A DNA stretch of 29,909 bases from Candidatus Baldrarchaeum yapensis (lineage in GTDB: Archaea > Asgardarchaeota > Baldrarchaeia > Baldrarchaeales > Baldrarchaeaceae). The first letter of the stretch is position 1; each line of letters starts with the position of its first letter. A model generated the notes under the pieces. It was not told the origin of the DNA. It saw only the letters and a list, made by a program, of their open reading frames with translations, and made no database searches. The stretch lies in contig JAEOSH010000021.1 in NCBI GenBank assembly GCA_016840465.1, positions 1 to 29,909 on the forward strand. The letters run 5' to 3'. Shown here one piece after another: positions 17,365 to 26,816 of this stretch. The translations under genes and the position numbers were made by a program.

Positions 17365-17530
17365 TCGGTAATACCAAATATGACCCTGATACCCTCAACA
17401 TCTAAATTGACCGCTGTTGGAATAATAAACTCGATATTACCCTTATTAATGTTTGCGTTCTTCATTTCTCGGAAAACCCTTCAATAACAGGATAAATCTT
17501 GGACAGTTTATTTAACACTCCAAGCTAAAA

Positions 17531-18148
17531 TTAGGGAGACTCCTTCAAACAGTTACTAATCTTCGATTCGTTCACTAGTACCTCCACCTCATGCGCCGAT
17601 TCCAGCAAATACCTCAAGAACGCTAGAGGAGTAGGCTTAAAAAGTCCTCGTTTTGCAAACCTGTTCCAAATACGAACTATATGTACGTACTCCCTCAATT
17701 CTCGCAACATCTGCAATCCGAGTTGTACAAACTCCTCCTCCGAAATCTCCCTACCCACGCCCAAACCTCCGCAATATTCGCGAGCCCTTGCTGCAACCCC
17801 CTGCCATAACCAGCCATCTTTAAGTTCGAAGGTAAATGGAAAAACACGACACGCCATTGGACGAGCATTATATATCAGGCATTTATTATCTTCCGATAAG
17901 AAGATGCACTCACCACCCTTAAGCTTAAGAATTCCAAGATAATAAAGTCCACCAGTAGTTACCACCGGTGGGGTTCTCATCCGCCGCATGTACTTCTTTT
18001 CGATCTTGTAAAATGCGACTAGATCGAGCAACTCCTCTGGGCCATATCCAAGATAATCGGCAATTCTCTTAAGATCACGGTGCGTGATCGTCACTATTAA
18101 ATTTCTGTCGCGGCAACACTTCCCACACATGAGACAAGTAAATCTCAT
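17531..18148 (-). CDS. YkgJ-family cysteine-cluster (Fe-S/Zn) protein
   Basis: CxxCxxCC N-terminus and C.FL...NKCLIY.ARP..CR.FPF. Confidence 0.88.
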   Translation of the reverse strand: MRFTCLMCGKCCRDRNLIVTITHRDLKRIADYLGYGPEELLDLVAFYKIEKKYMRRMRTPPVVTTGGLYYLGILKLKGGECIFLSEDNKCLIYNARPMACRVFPFTFELKDGWLWQGVAARAREYCGGLGVGREISEEEFVQLGLQMLRELREYVHIVRIWNRFAKRGLFKPTPLAFLRYLLESAHEVEVLVNESKISNCLKESP

Positions 18149-18170
18149 CCATTTACGTCCTCTCTATATT

Positions 18171-18746
18171 TTAAGTCTCCGCAGAGGAGGGTTTCCCGAC
18201 TAGCCCGAGTTCGACCAGTTGCTTTGCTAACTTCTCAACAGCAGATTTCACGTCTTCCTCTCTTTTCGCTCCTGTGCACACGATTTTTCCACTACTGAAT
18301 AGAAGAAAGACAACATTTGGGTCCTTCATCCTGTATATCAGCCCAGGGAACTGCTCGGGCTCGTAAAGAGCATCCTCCAGGGTCATAGCCGCCATTTCGA
18401 GATCTATCTCAGCACCTATACTCCCGGAAGAAACAATGTTCTGTATCTGTATCTTGGGCTCGCCTTCTATCTGTATCCCGGCTTTGCGCAACTTCTCTAT
18501 AACCTTGTTAACGACGATCTTCGCATGCTCCTCCCGCTTCAGTCCTGTGACAACCATCTTCCCGGTATTAAACACCAAAACTGCAGCCTTTGGATTCTGC
18601 AAACGTATTACGAGGCCCGGAAACTGCTCCGGGTCGTACTCAACATTTGGAAGTACACTCGCAACCCTCTCAAGGTCTATTCTGCAATCCAGCACCACGC
18701 TCGCGACTATGTTCTCCACACGATATGTCGGCTTCAGTTCGATCAC
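18171..18746 (-). CDS. tbp: TATA-box binding protein
   Basis: Two repeats, ENIVAS...YDPEQFPGLV...VFNTGKMVVTG and QNIVSS...YEPEQFPGLI...LFSSGKIVCTG; GTG start behind GAGGGAGG. Confidence 0.97.
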   Translation of the reverse strand: MIELKPTYRVENIVASVVLDCRIDLERVASVLPNVEYDPEQFPGLVIRLQNPKAAVLVFNTGKMVVTGLKREEHAKIVVNKVIEKLRKAGIQIEGEPKIQIQNIVSSGSIGAEIDLEMAAMTLEDALYEPEQFPGLIYRMKDPNVVFLLFSSGKIVCTGAKREEDVKSAVEKLAKQLVELGLVGKPSSAET

Positions 18747-18780
18747 GGTAACGCCTCCCTCTTTGGACCTTACACAAAGA

Positions 18781-18803
18781 TATTTAAATACCTTTATAAA
18801 GGT
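18781..18803. promoter_or_regulatory. Bidirectional TATA region between tbp and mfnD
   Basis: Two perfect palindromes sharing one base, TATTTAAATA (18781-18790) and ACCTTTATAAAGGT (18790-18803), in a 90-bp head-to-head gap. Confidence 0.6.
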
Positions 18804-18836
18804 TCTCACAGGTGATCACGCGTCGCGAGAGTCGGG

Positions 18837-20087
18837 ATGAACATGACAGAAGTACTAATATGCGAATATTTCGTTGCAGGAGGCGAAGATGATTTCAATG
18901 CCCAAATAGCATGCGAAGGTCTCGCCGTACTCACGACATTGATAGATTCATTCAATAAAGCCGGATATGATGTTGTCACGATTCTTAGAAAGGATCTATC
19001 ATGGATCAAGGAAGTAATACCGGCAAGAACAATAGCAATCGTCAACAACAGCAGAGACTTCTGGGGCAAATTCAAAGAGATGGTAGAGAAATGCGAACTC
19101 GTTGCTGTCATGGCGCCGGAATCAAACAATATTCTGCCAACTCTCGCACAAATAGCGAAAAGTTGCGGTGCGAAGTTCCTAGGACCTGATATAAGAGCGA
19201 TATACGTAGGAGCTGATAAATTGGAAACCTTACTTCTTGCAAAGAAACTGGGACTGCCAGTTCCCCAGACCGTGCCAATTTCCAAGGATGAAGGGGAACG
19301 TATCAGAAATATTATCAAGGACATTGGCCTCCCGGTCGTCGTGAAGCCAAAGTTCGGAGTCGGGTGTGAAGACACGTACTTGGTAAAGAACGAAAGGGAC
19401 ATAGACGCCTGTATCAGGTTAATGAAAAAATCCCGTCACGAGGAATTCCTAGTACAGGAATACGTATTAGGTGCGGACGCAAGCGTGAGTCTTATCTCGA
19501 ATGGGTCCACATGTATGCCCCTCACTCTTAATAAACAGATAATAAATCTGTCATCTCCCACTTCAGAGGAAGAATCCACTTATGGCGGTGGTTTTTCACC
19601 TTTCCTTCATGAAAAAATGACCGAGGCGCTAAATGCATCGAAGAAAATAGTAGAGAGGGTCCCTGGGTTCTACGGTTACATCGGAATAGACTTCGTTCTC
19701 ACAAGTGAAAGCGCCTACTTAATGGAGATAAATCCTAGGTTTACAACAAGCATCGTTGGAATCTCGCGCATTCTGCTTAGAAATATATCAACATTGCTGA
19801 TAGAGTCGGTGATCGAAAGAAAATTGCCGAAAGTCATAGAGGTAAGAGGAGTAGCGAGGTATCTGAAAACACGCATAAAAATCCCTCGATCAACATATCA
19901 TTGCCTTTGCAACCTAGCATTCAGGGAAGATCTCCCATGTCCCCCCATGCCAACCTCCTTGCAGTGTAACGCTACAATGCGACAAGAAATGTATACGTTC
20001 GTACTGGCAGTCGGTGCTAGCCTTGAGACGGCCTCCCAAAGGCTTGAAGCCTCACGCAGAGAATTAGAAAGAGGTGTGATTGAATGA
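18837..20087 (+). CDS. mfnD: Tyramine-L-glutamate ligase-like ATP-grasp protein (methanofuran biosynthesis)
   Basis: N-terminal LICEY...EG...L..L..SF, APE....L, DK..T, VVKP.FGVGC, QEYV.G..ASVS, GY.G.D, EINPR.TTS; clustered with mfnF and mfnE. Confidence 0.8.
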   Translation: MNMTEVLICEYFVAGGEDDFNAQIACEGLAVLTTLIDSFNKAGYDVVTILRKDLSWIKEVIPARTIAIVNNSRDFWGKFKEMVEKCELVAVMAPESNNILPTLAQIAKSCGAKFLGPDIRAIYVGADKLETLLLAKKLGLPVPQTVPISKDEGERIRNIIKDIGLPVVVKPKFGVGCEDTYLVKNERDIDACIRLMKKSRHEEFLVQEYVLGADASVSLISNGSTCMPLTLNKQIINLSSPTSEEESTYGGGFSPFLHEKMTEALNASKKIVERVPGFYGYIGIDFVLTSESAYLMEINPRFTTSIVGISRILLRNISTLLIESVIERKLPKVIEVRGVARYLKTRIKIPRSTYHCLCNLAFREDLPCPPMPTSLQCNATMRQEMYTFVLAVGASLETASQRLEASRRELERGVIE

Positions 20088-21151
20088 AAACAGACGTTCT
20101 AGGCCTAGACATTGGAGGCGCAAATATAAAGTATTGCCTTATTAGGATCTCTGAAGACGGGTACAGAGTTCATAAAATAGGATCTATACACTTTCCAATA
20201 TGGATCCGCGGAAAGGAGTCCCTTCCTAAAACATTGCTAAAAATGAAGAATGAAATACTAATGCGTAAAGATCCAAATTTCGTGGCATTGACGATGACAG
20301 CAGAATTGTCGGATGTGTATTTCACTAAAAGGGAAGGTGTGGAGCACGTCATAAAAAGCGTCATGGAGATATTTGACGCCTCCGATGTATACATAATGAC
20401 GGTAAATGCAAAATTTACAGACCCCGAGGGAGGAATTAGAAACCCTATGCTAGTTGCGGCCGCAAACTGGCCTGCAACGGCACGTCTCATAGGTAGGAAG
20501 CTATCAACATCACTGATGATAGATGTCGGGAGTACAACGACGGATATAATACCAATCAAGGATGGATATCCATGTACTAGGGGGAAAACTGACACGGAGA
20601 GATTAATGTATGGAGAATTGGTGTATACAGGGATACTAAGGACTCCGATAACCGCTATAACACATACTGTTCCATTAAGTGGGACTATGTGCAGAATTTC
20701 TGCAGAAAAATTTGCATTGAGTGGCGACGTTCATCTAATTCTCGGGAATATAACCGAGGACGAGTATACCACCGAAACGGCGGACAATCGGGGGAAAAGT
20801 AGAAAGGAATGCCTTGCACGGCTTGCACGTGTGATATGCGCCGACATAGAGACAATATCAGAGGACGAATTAATCAATATTGCAAAGTACATCTATGCGA
20901 AGCAAATGTCACAAATAACGGAAGCGTTGCTCCAAGTGCTAGGGACTCATAAGTTCTTAAACCCTAAAACAACACCAGTTGTCGTGCTTGGTATAGGTAA
21001 GAACATTCTCGCGAGACCAGCGGCAACATATGCCGGATTTGCCAAAATTTTCGACTTTTACGACTTATGGAAATGTCCATCCGCCGAAACGGCATTTGCG
21101 GTTGCGCTTTTGCTGGCAGATGATATGAGAATATTGAAAAAGCTGGAATAA
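20084..21151 (+). CDS. mfnF: MfnF, hydantoinase/oxoprolinase-family methanofuran biosynthesis protein
   Basis: GLDIGGANIK, TMTAELSD....K.EGV, AAANW.A, DVGSTTTDIIP, GELVYTG.LRT, E.FA.SGD. Confidence 0.88.
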   Translation: MKTDVLGLDIGGANIKYCLIRISEDGYRVHKIGSIHFPIWIRGKESLPKTLLKMKNEILMRKDPNFVALTMTAELSDVYFTKREGVEHVIKSVMEIFDASDVYIMTVNAKFTDPEGGIRNPMLVAAANWPATARLIGRKLSTSLMIDVGSTTTDIIPIKDGYPCTRGKTDTERLMYGELVYTGILRTPITAITHTVPLSGTMCRISAEKFALSGDVHLILGNITEDEYTTETADNRGKSRKECLARLARVICADIETISEDELINIAKYIYAKQMSQITEALLQVLGTHKFLNPKTTPVVVLGIGKNILARPAATYAGFAKIFDFYDLWKCPSAETAFAVALLLADDMRILKKLE

Positions 21152-21152
21152 G

Positions 21153-21830
21153 GTGATGGAAATTCTCGAATACGTAATAAAGATTGGGGGAAGTCTGTTA
21201 AAGTATCCCTTGGAGCTAAGGTCTCTGTGTGAAATCATCCCACACGCATTCGAAAAATCCAGACTCTGCGTGATACCGGGAGGAGGAATATTTTCCGACT
21301 GTGTGAGGAATGTTTACAGAACATATGGGCTTTCAGACGATATCGCTCATTGGATGGCAATAATGGGAATGGATCAGTACGGAATGCTGCTAAATTTCCT
21401 GATCCCGAGATCCAAGACAGTAAGCGAATTAAGAGAAATAGAACGAGTGATATCGGAGGGAAAAATCCCAATACTCTTGCCATATAGGTATTTGCGAAAT
21501 AACGATGTGCTTCCTCACTCATGGGATGTTACAAGTGACTCAATAGCGCTACTAATAGCGGGTGAATTGAATGTGAAGAGAGTAATCCTGGTGAAGGATG
21601 TGGATGGAATTTTTGATAAGAACCCAAGAACTTCGGAATCCGCCGCCCTCATACCAAGGTTAACGGCACGTGAAGTCGCCAAACTTGAAAGCTCCTGCAT
21701 CGACAAGTACTCACATAACCTGATAAGAAAATACAAAATCACGTGCATAATATTGAACGGAAGATATCCGGAACGATTGATTGCTGCACTTAACAAGGAA
21801 AACGTACCGTCTACGGTGATCCTTCCATGA
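21153..21830 (+). CDS. mfnE: [5-(aminomethyl)furan-3-yl]methyl phosphate kinase (amino-acid kinase family)
   Basis: VIKIGGSL, PGGG.F.D.VR, AHWMAI..MDQYG, LPHSWDVTSDSIA, KDVDGI. Confidence 0.85.
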   Translation: MMEILEYVIKIGGSLLKYPLELRSLCEIIPHAFEKSRLCVIPGGGIFSDCVRNVYRTYGLSDDIAHWMAIMGMDQYGMLLNFLIPRSKTVSELREIERVISEGKIPILLPYRYLRNNDVLPHSWDVTSDSIALLIAGELNVKRVILVKDVDGIFDKNPRTSESAALIPRLTAREVAKLESSCIDKYSHNLIRKYKITCIILNGRYPERLIAALNKENVPSTVILP

Positions 21831-21842
21831 ATGCCGTGAAGT

Positions 21843-22655
21843 TCATCCCCCTGGCGGTAACTGCTTTTCTAATTCCTCGATTTTCTGCCTTAATGTCTTA
21901 CGCGCAGACCTCCCGAGTTCATTCATCAAGTCCTTAAGCCTATCAAGTACATCTCGGACGAGTTCATGTTCCCCAACTTTGAGATAAGACTCGGCGGCCT
22001 TCAGGTAGTTGTTTATCGCCTTCTTTATATTGCCCTGTGCCTCCCATGCATCCCCAATTGTCATATATGTGTCCGCAATCTGCAAATCGTCCTGGCTCTT
22101 CACAGCGTTATCTATAGCTTTTTTAAAATAGGATTCTGCCTTTTTTGCATCGTTCAGGAACATATAACATCTCCCAAGATCAATATAAGCGCTTATTAGC
22201 CCCTCCAAATTATCGACTTTCTTATACAACTTTATTGCGTTTTCGAAATGCATAATGGCCTCCTCGTACCTCTCCTGCTCCAAAAGTATGATTCCTAGGC
22301 AATATTGACAATCGGCAACACCACCCATGTCTTGCAACTTCTCATAGATCTCTAATGCTCTCTTGCAATATTCAAGCGCTCTTTCATAGTCCCCTAAATT
22401 CATAAGTGCAACCGAAATGTTGTAAGACGTGTCTGCGATGCCTTGTTCATTTGCGGAATTTTCAAAATGTTTCAACGCTTTTTCATAGTTCTTAACCGCC
22501 AACTCATATATGCCATTCTCTAACGCGACCATCCCCGCCTGCGCATATAGGCTGGCGGCATTCATAGTATCGCCTTTCTTCTCAGCCTCTTCCGCTCGCT
22601 TCTTTAGTTCTTCTACCGCTCGCTCCACCTCTTCGAATGTCAGGTCATCACTCAT
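21843..22655 (-). CDS. Tetratricopeptide-repeat protein (about 40-aa long-spacing repeats)
   Basis: Repeated A..Y..(L/I)G......G.Y..A...Y.KA units; start overlaps the mfnB stop. Confidence 0.85.
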   Translation of the reverse strand: MSDDLTFEEVERAVEELKKRAEEAEKKGDTMNAASLYAQAGMVALENGIYELAVKNYEKALKHFENSANEQGIADTSYNISVALMNLGDYERALEYCKRALEIYEKLQDMGGVADCQYCLGIILLEQERYEEAIMHFENAIKLYKKVDNLEGLISAYIDLGRCYMFLNDAKKAESYFKKAIDNAVKSQDDLQIADTYMTIGDAWEAQGNIKKAINNYLKAAESYLKVGEHELVRDVLDRLKDLMNELGRSARKTLRQKIEELEKQLPPGG

Positions 22656-23448
22656 CTTTATAACTTCCTGCAACTATTGAGGAGAAAATCTCTTTAATAC
22701 GCGAAACGGGGGTTTCTCTCCTACTGTCCGTCTCTACACCCTTTATTACTTTTGCTAGCAATCGCACCCTCTCCTTGGAGATCCTACCCCGCAGTCTGTC
22801 TCCATTGGTGCACGCGGCCGACCTCACGCCAATAACATCGGCTCCAAGCTTAACGCAAAGCGGAACATCCTCGATCCTCAGCGAACCAGCAAGTGCTACA
22901 TAAAGTCCGTAGCCATGCGCCATTTGCACAAATTTCTCCACCTCTTCCACGGTGAGAAAATCAAATAGCCTCTTTCCGTCCTTTATTGCAGTGTCTACCA
23001 TTGCAATGTCTGCACCACTCTTATATGCAACTATCGGTACTTCCATCGGGTCTAGTGCATTAACCCTCCACGCATCAGCATACCCCGCCGCAACAACTAA
23101 GATCCTACTATTGTACTCCTTCACCGCCCTCACTACGGACTTCATGAGAAATATCGCATCATCGACATTTTTCACACCGAAGAGCCCCACCTTTATGATA
23201 TCCGCGCCGCTAACCGCAGCGCCCAAAGCGGCTAAGGATACCGTGCCGGGAAGATTCGGGACATCTCCTACCGTCGCACTTACCGGAATATGTCGTGGAA
23301 TATTCTCTCTTATCATCCTTATTATCCATGGAAAATTTGCCCCGAGACTCCCCTCCCTCGGATTCTTAACATCAATTATATCTGCTCCTCCTTCCACGGC
23401 CTCTCTTGCTTCCTCCAAATCCATGGGGCTGACCAATAATAGTGCCAC
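22648..23448 (-). CDS. mfnB: (5-formylfuran-3-yl)methyl phosphate synthase (4-HFC-P synthase)
   Basis: LLVSP....EA....GGADIIDVKNP.EGSLGANFPW.I, SAT.GD, KVGL, DTA.KDG, LAGS, GVRSAAC. Confidence 0.92.
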   Translation of the reverse strand: MALLLVSPMDLEEAREAVEGGADIIDVKNPREGSLGANFPWIIRMIRENIPRHIPVSATVGDVPNLPGTVSLAALGAAVSGADIIKVGLFGVKNVDDAIFLMKSVVRAVKEYNSRILVVAAGYADAWRVNALDPMEVPIVAYKSGADIAMVDTAIKDGKRLFDFLTVEEVEKFVQMAHGYGLYVALAGSLRIEDVPLCVKLGADVIGVRSAACTNGDRLRGRISKERVRLLAKVIKGVETDSRRETPVSRIKEIFSSIVAGSYKDE

Positions 23449-23454
23449 ACCAGT

Positions 23455-24693
23455 TCACCCTCGATCTTCTTTTTCCTGAGCGGATTCTTCTCCTAATATA
23501 TTCATTATTCTCTCCGAAATTTTTGGTATTTTTAATTCCGCCAAAGGCTTCAATAACTCCTGCAAGTCCTCTTTTGATATCGGAAGACTATCAAACGCAT
23601 AAAACACCTCATCAACCTTCTCATCGTACTCGCTATCTAAATGTATCTTGTTGACCGTGTACTTGTAGTACTTTCTCCACGAAACTCTCGGAAGGAGCTT
23701 CATGGGCGTAAAGTATGGGTTCAACGTGATGGAAAATGTCCGCACCATATCGGGCATATGTCTTCCCTCTTTCAGCTTTATGGTCTTAAGTCTCTGCTTA
23801 ACTATTCTCAAAGACTCCAGTTGCGCCTGAGCCACCTCTATGGAGTTTATAACAGCCTCACGGAAAGTCCTCCTTGGCTTAGAACCTTTAAGAGCTGGAG
23901 TGTAGGTGAATGCTCCGTGTTCGCCGATCACAACGATATCATTTGGAGTCTTACCAAGGGACTGACCTATACTTGCATCTATTTTCTCATCCTCCGCGTT
24001 CTCCCAATCGGGATCCATCGTCACCAGCGCGTAAATTTCACGCTTATACTCATCAAGCTTTATCGTATTAGACGACTTTATGACATGAATCATGTGTCTT
24101 AAAGGACCCATGTTGACTTTTGCCTCTTCCTGATACTCGTACTCATAAAGGCTATAAATCACCGCGTCCTGCGCCCTCTCAAAGAACTCCTCCAGCGTCA
24201 CCACACCAAACGGAGAGTAACGTATCTTGTAATCCTCTCCCCTCAGAAGATGAAGCATCTCCTCCGTGGTCATCTTCCCCTGAAGCGTGATCCTCATATG
24301 AATGGAACATGCACCAAATGGGAAAATCTTGACCTCCGGGTGTATCACAACCGAGTGGACAGACGCACCCCTTAGGGTTGCAGACCTCTGCGCCTTTGCC
24401 TCCATCGGAACCATGTGCCTTATTGGCATCCTTATTCTGCGTGTAAGCTTAACTATCGTCTTGTGCGTCGGGTTCCAAGCGGCATGCACGTTTATCCTAA
24501 GTGCGCCAAATGACTCTATATAGTCTATCACCCTCTTCTCGCTGGATTTCTCGGCCGCATTGTACTTCCTCAAAAGCCTCTCCGAGTCTCCTAGAAACTT
24601 AAACCTGCTCTTTAACTTCTCCGGACTCTCTATAATGTACATCAGTGGGAAGACCCTATAAAGCTCGACATACGCAGCCTCTATCTGCATCAT
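23455..24693 (-). CDS. Hypothetical protein, possibly an RMD1/CorA-like soluble domain
   Basis: 412-aa ORF with an RBS. IFPFGA.SI, NDIVVI...GAF.Y.P and IE.A.AQLE.LR resemble the DUF155/RMD1-like pattern; no TM helix. The CDS is well supported, the family only weakly. Confidence 0.5.
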   Translation of the reverse strand: MMQIEAAYVELYRVFPLMYIIESPEKLKSRFKFLGDSERLLRKYNAAEKSSEKRVIDYIESFGALRINVHAAWNPTHKTIVKLTRRIRMPIRHMVPMEAKAQRSATLRGASVHSVVIHPEVKIFPFGACSIHMRITLQGKMTTEEMLHLLRGEDYKIRYSPFGVVTLEEFFERAQDAVIYSLYEYEYQEEAKVNMGPLRHMIHVIKSSNTIKLDEYKREIYALVTMDPDWENAEDEKIDASIGQSLGKTPNDIVVIGEHGAFTYTPALKGSKPRRTFREAVINSIEVAQAQLESLRIVKQRLKTIKLKEGRHMPDMVRTFSITLNPYFTPMKLLPRVSWRKYYKYTVNKIHLDSEYDEKVDEVFYAFDSLPISKEDLQELLKPLAELKIPKISERIMNILGEESAQEKEDRG

Positions 24694-24703
24694 CGGTCAT
24701 CCC

Positions 24704-26140
24704 TCACTCCTTTACCCTTTCCACCACCAGTATCAGCCCTTCAACTCCCACTACCTTTACTTTATCACCCTTGGCTATGAAAGCATCCCGCGTCGTCGCG
24801 GTCCATTCCTCTCCCCTCACGTAAACAATTCCTCGAACATCAGGTGTAATATCTGTTTTTGCAACCCCAATTTCTCCAATTATGCTCTCAACACCAAACT
24901 CTCTCCGTATCCTACTGGCCTGTATAACTTTATACAGTATGAACGCAAAGAGTCCAGCGAAGCACCCAACAATTGTTGCTGCAACCAGCAAAAACGTCCT
25001 GTAAAACTCACTTGAAATCATCCATCCCCCTTCCGTAATTCCGAAGGAGCCAACAGGCGGAACCATAAGCAACAATCCGAAGAACAAACAGATAGCCCCT
25101 CCTATCAAGAGAGCACCCATCTGTGTCTTTATTTCTGCAAGCATCAACAAAAATCCTAGTATTAACAGTATGACGGCCCCTATACTTATTCCTAAAACCC
25201 CCAACCCTATCAGTGCCAGAATTATACAAATTATTCCAGCGAGTTCCGCCCCGACCCCTGGAGTCATTATGCCGAAGATGAAAGCATATATGCCTATGAT
25301 CAATAGTATCTCGACTACTATCGGATTGCTTAACATCTTAACAAACTGGTAGCTCACGCCGGGATCATAGCCTACAACCTCAGCATCAGACAACCCAGTA
25401 AACCTTACAACTCTCAAAACATGGCCCGAAGGTGCAGCATCTGCATCAAATACACCAGTAGTACCATTATCAAATACGACTAAAACTATATCTTCCAGCT
25501 TCTCGAGAAGATCGAAAATACCATCAGCAACTATCTCTATAACATGATTTCTGAGAGCATCAAACGGTCCTAAATTTAAGTTTTTCCTAACAAATAACTC
25601 CGCGGCAGTTGTGTTCCTCATACGAGCCTCAGCACATGCAACAAGCCTTTTCGAAACGTATTCTATATACTTGGATTCGTTAATTGGGTTACCAAATTGA
25701 TCAACTGGCTGGCAAGAACCTATGACCGTACCCCTACTTGCCATCGCAGCTATATGGCTCGCCATTAATATGTAGGTTCCACCACTGACCGCGCGCCCTC
25801 CCTCTCCCACATAAATGATCACAGCAGGTCTTTCTGGGGGATCAGGATCTAACTCGAGTAATAATTTTATTATCCTGTCCACGGCTGAAAGCGAACCGCC
25901 AGGCGTGTTTATTTCGAAAATTACAACATAGAATTTGTTGGTAGCGGCATAATTAATCGCGTCCTCGAAGAGTGAGGCGGTAGCATCATTAATCTCTCCT
26001 TCGAATCTCACATGCAAAACTTTGAACTGCTGGCCATGAACGCCGTACTGGGCGGCATAAGCTACTTCTACTTCCCCGTACGAAAGCATCAACAACAATG
26101 TAGCGAAGATTGCACCCCAGATAAGTTTCATTACTTTCAA
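24704..26140 (-). CDS. nfeD: NfeD-family membrane protein with ClpP-class protease domain (long NfeD)
   Basis: INTPGG, RAVSGGTYILMASHIAAM...T.IGS.QPV, Lys in NESK, a multi-TM region, and a C-terminal OB fold (G.VYVRGEEW.A...G.KV.V.GVEGL.L.VE). Confidence 0.92.
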   Translation of the reverse strand: MKVMKLIWGAIFATLLLMLSYGEVEVAYAAQYGVHGQQFKVLHVRFEGEINDATASLFEDAINYAATNKFYVVIFEINTPGGSLSAVDRIIKLLLELDPDPPERPAVIIYVGEGGRAVSGGTYILMASHIAAMASRGTVIGSCQPVDQFGNPINESKYIEYVSKRLVACAEARMRNTTAAELFVRKNLNLGPFDALRNHVIEIVADGIFDLLEKLEDIVLVVFDNGTTGVFDADAAPSGHVLRVVRFTGLSDAEVVGYDPGVSYQFVKMLSNPIVVEILLIIGIYAFIFGIMTPGVGAELAGIICIILALIGLGVLGISIGAVILLILGFLLMLAEIKTQMGALLIGGAICLFFGLLLMVPPVGSFGITEGGWMISSEFYRTFLLVAATIVGCFAGLFAFILYKVIQASRIRREFGVESIIGEIGVAKTDITPDVRGIVYVRGEEWTATTRDAFIAKGDKVKVVGVEGLILVVERVKE

Positions 26141-26310
26141 TTGCTACCCCCCGTTACGAAATTCTTGCAAACCCATTAGGAACACGATACTAACGGAACA
26201 ATCCCTCAATTATTCGGTAATCCCTCTTAAAATTAGAAGTTTAGTAACTAAAATTATGTGGTGACGGTAAAAGGCGAAGAAGAAAGTAGTGAGAATCCAG
26301 CACTTTGTTA

Positions 26311-26610
26311 TTACTGTACCCTCTGTAGCACTATGTCTATTGTCGATACCGTCCTTCGCTGAGTTCCCTCGCCTACCTCTTCACTTCCTATTTTTATTTC
26401 CGCTATATCGACAGTGCCCTTGAGGAAGCGTTGCCTTACAATTTCGGCGACATCAACAGCCTTGCTTATTGCTCTACCACGCGCCTTCAAAACCACTCTA
26501 TCCGCTCCCGACGTTATCAACATTATAACCGCAAGCACGTAGTTCATGGGTTTTTTCTTACCTATGAATACAACATTCTCGGTGGTCTGCTGAGTTGCCA
26601 TCAGCGACAC
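26311..26610 (-). CDS. albA: DNA/RNA-binding protein Alba
   Basis: [37 protein letters not shown]. Confidence 0.96.
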   Translation of the reverse strand: MSLMATQQTTENVVFIGKKKPMNYVLAVIMLITSGADRVVLKARGRAISKAVDVAEIVRQRFLKGTVDIAEIKIGSEEVGEGTQRRTVSTIDIVLQRVQ

Positions 26611-26816
26611 CTCCGGAGTTTTCTTTTTTGCAAGACAGCACTTGGAATGCAGAGAGAGGATAGAGAGATTTGACAGATTCCAGCCCCTATTTTATGAAAG
26701 ACTTACTGTGATCAGGAAACCTGAAATGTTTAAAAATATTGCTCTCCATCAACACTTCACCACCGCGCGTCGATTGCATCAGTGGTACTCACTTCCCCCG
26801 GATTAGGGTGAGCCCC

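Noticed and set aside
3300-18830. CGCG/ACGCGT motifs in several intergenic regions (about 3313, 3474, 5324, 10742) as an E2F-like regulon
   Set aside because: The number is roughly what base composition predicts, so enrichment cannot be claimed.
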